From: Macrostomum hystrix
Lineage: Eukaryota; Animalia; Platyhelminthes
Assembly (NCBI GenBank): GCA_950097015.1
Contig: CATNEN010000003.1
Coordinates: 10,788,001-10,852,000, forward strand
Direction of reading: 5' to 3'
DNA: 64,000 nt
The notes beneath the pieces are model-generated. The model had not been told where the DNA came from, ran no database searches, and was given only the letters and a program-made list of their open reading frames with translations. A program made the translations under genes and the position numbers. This document shows positions 59,980 through 64,000 of this stretch, in pieces. How positions within the stretch are numbered: the first letter of the stretch is position 1; every line of letters begins with the position of its first letter.

Positions 59980-61158
59980 ATGTATTCGAGCTCTTGAAAG
60001 GTTTGATTTGCCTTAAAGTATTTTTTACTTAGATAGGCCTAGTAGCGATAAAATGTACATCATTAGGCCTATGCTTATCTATCTGTCTGCCTTACCATGG
60101 ACCCAGGAAGGCAGGCCTGCTTAGATTAGTCAATCAAGATTTTTTACAGCATGGTTCGCAATCGTGTCAATCGTGCCGCTCTAACATGAATGGTATTTTA
60201 GCTACATTAGATATAAGTTAGACTTAAAAACCGAACCGAAACCCTTAAAAGGTTGGGCAGCGAGAGAAAAGTCTCAAGGATGTTATGATAAGATAACCTT
60301 GCCAGGCCTAATTAATTAGCTGCACTAAACAAGCTTATGTTCATGTTTTAATTTAAGAAGTTGAAGTTCTTACTAGTTAGGCTTAGTACTAGTTAGGCCT
60401 AAGCCTAACTAAATTTTTTTCACTTGGCCTTACCTTGCTAGCTAGCTAGGCCTATGTATGATGTAATTGATTATAATGGCACCCATCGTCAGTTATATCA
60501 TTAGGCCTTAGGGGCCTTGTTATTGTAAGGAAAAAACAAGTGTTAAATATGTGGCTAGGCCTATGACCTTTACTATTTTTTGTAACTACACAAATGTCAA
60601 TTAAACTTTTTTTTTCTAGTGCCCATTGTCAACTCGCATAAAAGCTAGCTAGGCCTAGGTCTAGGTAATCTAATTGTTAGCAATTACCTTTTTTGTTAAT
60701 TAAAATTCTTTTTGCAACAATATACAATTCAAAAGTATCATGTATCTTACTGAGACATTCAGACACTCTGAAAAAAGCATAATTGAAATCTAAACAAGTA
60801 AAAAAAAGCTTTGCCTTAGGCCTACCATCATATTATGTAAGGCAAAGTTCCTAGTGATACACTATACAGACAAGGTTTTATTTGAATCATAGGGGCATAT
60901 CTCAAAAAATTCTTTGTGGCATAATATTTACATCTATGGAACATCTTTATCAGCATGTTCTTCTAGATGGCCCACTTTTACCAACTATAAACATATAGCT
61001 GTGTATACCAGATAATAGATTCTGTAACTTAGTAGATAATAAGAAAATTATGTTATTTATCTCTCTGAAATAGATGTTATTGTTCTTCCTTGTTCTTTTG
61101 TTTAGCAAATGAACAGTAGCAACTTATTGCTTTTTTTCCAGCACAACTAACAGATTCC

Positions 61159-63913
61159 ATGGACGGGTTTAGCAATAGTACAGCTACATTAGATGAGGAT
61201 GATGTAAGCATTCATCAAAATTTGTTATCGAAATTTTAGTTCCAGTTCCAACAACAATATTCGCACATGGTGTCACATTTCAGACATTTGAAGATGCTAT
61301 GGAGTTTCTTCCAGACAGTGCGGAAGTAATGTATGTTTCAATCCATGTTCTGTACCTACCTACTAGTTATATCAAATTAAACTTTCATCCTTCTTTATCT
61401 TAACTGCACATGGTGTATTTCTTACTTTGTTTCAGACCCGATGGAACTGTAGATTCTACTGCTTTGTATTTTATGTCAGGCAATGAGAGTGGCATTTTAA
61501 GTCAAGACGAGGTAAATGACAACGAAGCATGCACTGTAGCAGCTTTGTCTACGCCTGAGGCACTGCCAGACCTTCTATTGGCTATTGGCGAGGCGCAGAA
61601 GGCACTGGATTTATTTCTCAGTAATCAGTTTGAGAGAGCCAGAGCGGTTATGGAGCCATTGTGAGTTGGCTTGTTGAATTGTAAAAAAATCTGAAATTTC
61701 CATTGGGTTAAAGAGATTTTCTACTGTGATTCTGTGGTGTGAGATTTCCTATTATTTAGGGAGATTTCCTGGAATGAAGGGGAGATTTCCTAGGTTTTAG
61801 GTTTAGGGAGATTTCCTATTTTTTTATGGAGATTTCCTGGGGTGTAGGGAGATTTCCTGGAACGAAGGGAGATTTCCAGGGGGTTTAGAGAGATTTCATG
61901 TGGTGTCGGGACACTTCCTGGAATGTATGGAATTTCCCGGAATGTAGCGAGAATTCCTGGAATGAAAGGAGATTTCCTGGAATGAGGGAGATTTCCTGGA
62001 ATTCATGGAGATTTCCTGGAATATAGGGAGATTTCTTAGGGTCAAAATGGATTTTCAATGTCTAATAATTGTGTTATTTGTGAACTAATTGAAGTTGAAA
62101 ATTCGCTATCATTGCCTTCTTAGAGCTTCAAAATCCATGTATCATGGCTTGGGCTACGCCACTATCTGCTATCTCCAAGCCTCGATGACCATGGAGAGGC
62201 CGAATATTCAACAGGCTGTAGACGCCACAAAGCAGGGCCTGCAGGTGTGTCACAGACTGCGCAGGCGAGGCCTAGTTGCCTCCAGGCAGCCGAACGATTT
62301 CACCGACGAACAATGCCACGCTGAGCTGTGCTACGCTGAACTGCTGTTAGAGAAGGCTGTGCTCACCTTTCTGCAGGATGAGAATCTCATCGCGTTTGTT
62401 AAGGTGAGAAAGCACGCTGATTGGTCACTTAAAGACAGAAGAGAATCAGGTAGACTGAGTATACTATAAATTAGCCAGAGTAGAGAATCGGGCAGGCTGA
62501 TACGAGAATCGGCTAGGCTGATAAGAGAATCGGGTAGGCTGATAAGAGAATCGGGTAGGCTGATAAGAGAATCGGGTAAGCTGATAAGAGAATCGGGTAG
62601 GCTGATAAGAGAATCGGTTAGGCTGATAAGAGAATCGGGTAGGCTGATAAGAGAATCGGGTAGGCTGATAAGAGAATCGGGTAGGCTGATAAGAGAATCG
62701 GGTAGGTTGATAAGAGAATCGGCTAGGCTGATAAGATAATCGGGTAGGTTGATAAGAGAATCGGCTAGGCTGATAAGAGAATCGGGTAGGTTGATAAGAG
62801 AATCGGGTAGGCTGATAAGAGAATCGGCTAGGCTGATAAGAGAATCGGGTAGGTTGATAAGAGAATCGGCTAGGCTGATAAGAGAATCGGCTAGGCTGAT
62901 AAGAGAATCGGCTAGGCTGATAAGAGAATCGGCTAGGCTGATAAGAGAATCGGCTAGGCTGATAAGAGAATCGGCTAGGCTGATAAGAGAATTGGGTAGG
63001 CTGATAAGAGAATCGGGTAGGCTGATAAGAGAATCGGGTAGGCTGATAAGAGAATCGGGTAGGCTGATAAGAGAATCGGGTAGGCTGATAAGAGAATCGG
63101 GTAGGCTGATAAGAGAATCGGGTAGGCTGATAAGAGAATCGGGTAAGCTGATAAGAGAATCGGGTAGGCTGATAAGAGAATCGGGTAGGCTGATAAGAGA
63201 ATCGGGTAGGCTGATAAGAGAATCGGGTAGGCTGATAAGAGAATCGGGTAGGCTGATAAGAGAATCGGGTAGGCTGATAAGAGAATCGGGTAGGCTGATA
63301 AGAGAATCGGGTAGGCTGATAAGAGAATCGGGTAAGCTGATAAGAGAATCGGGTAGGCTGATAAGAGAATCGGGTAGGCTGATAAGAGAATCGGGTAGGC
63401 TGATAAGATAATCTTTTAGGCTGAAAAGGCAATAGGATAAATTGAGTCAAGACAGATGAAGTCTTGATGAAGCTACACAGTAAGGCCTCTAAAACTATCA
63501 TCCAGGGCGGGCTGAAGATACGCGAGTGTCACAAAGCCTACAAGGAGTGCTGGCGCCTATTGCACAAGCGCCGTTGGTCTAACAATCAATTGAAGCTGCA
63601 CTTTGAAAGTGGCGCCAGATTAGGCGAAGGAGCATTCAATCTGCTCCTGAGTCTATTGCCGCCCAGACTATTGAGACTGTTGGAATTTGTTGGCTTCTCA
63701 GGCGAACGACGCTACGGCCTGGAACAGATGCAGCTGGCCGCGGCCTTGAAGGGCAGCGTCCGGGCTCCTCTAGCTAGGATAATGCTGCTAGTTTATCACA
63801 CCACATTCGCTCACATACTGGGCGCCGGAGCTTGCGACCTGCCAGCTGTTCAAAGCCTGCTGGAGCCTTGCCTGGCAGCTCATCCTGACGGAGCTATGTT
63901 TCTCTACTTTCAG
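61159..63913 (+). CDS. TTC39B: Tetratricopeptide repeat protein 39 family (TTC39A/B-like), 5' part continuing beyond the window; exons 61159-61203, 61284-61330, 61436-61660, 62124-62403, 63506-63913
   Basis: ALDLFLSNQF, SMYHGLGYATI, CHAELCYAELLLEKAVLTFLQDENLIAFVK|GGLKIR, HFESGARLGEGAFNLLLSLLPPRLLRLLEFVGFSG. Paralog assignment (A vs B) is uncertain. Confidence 0.88.
61700..62042. repeat. Degenerate ~20-bp intronic repeat
   Basis: GGGAGATTTCCTGGAATG core. Confidence 0.8.
62478..63412. repeat. 21-bp intronic minisatellite
   Basis: GCTGATAAGAGAATCGG(G/C)TAG, about 44 copies. Confidence 0.97.
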
Positions 63914-64000
63914 GTGTGTGTCGTTGACCCCCTGTTGATCGTTAAATAATAGGGGTCATTGACCTCCTCCAGTTGTTTAATGAAGGATAGGGGTCATTGA

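Overview
Eukaryotic (metazoan) genomic DNA with GT-AG spliced genes. The style (poly-Q/A-rich GC-rich exons, a different minisatellite in almost every large intron) resembles the flatworm Macrostomum, but that is inference only. Six protein-coding genes were reconstructed by hand from splice sites: NEURL4-like (+, 7 coding exons); two tandem, highly diverged type II membrane proteins with TNF-ligand-like C-termini (-), largely fragmented in the ORF track; CHMP7-like (-); AP-1 mu (AP1M1-like, -); and the 5' part of a TTC39 family gene (+). Mobile DNA includes a non-autonomous Helitron family (5'-TC, hairpin, CTAG-3') that carries two satellite arrays (23 bp and 18 bp). It occurs as a head-to-tail trimer in the last CHMP7 intron and as a fourth, inverted solo copy. 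There is also a 5'-truncated, frameshifted non-LTR retrotransposon bracketed by an unusually long 336/360-bp direct repeat, a MITE with ~233-bp TIRs, and several tRNA-derived SINE-like pieces. Most ORFs in the supplied track are artefacts of tandem repeats. Family assignments rest on remembered motifs; no search was run.
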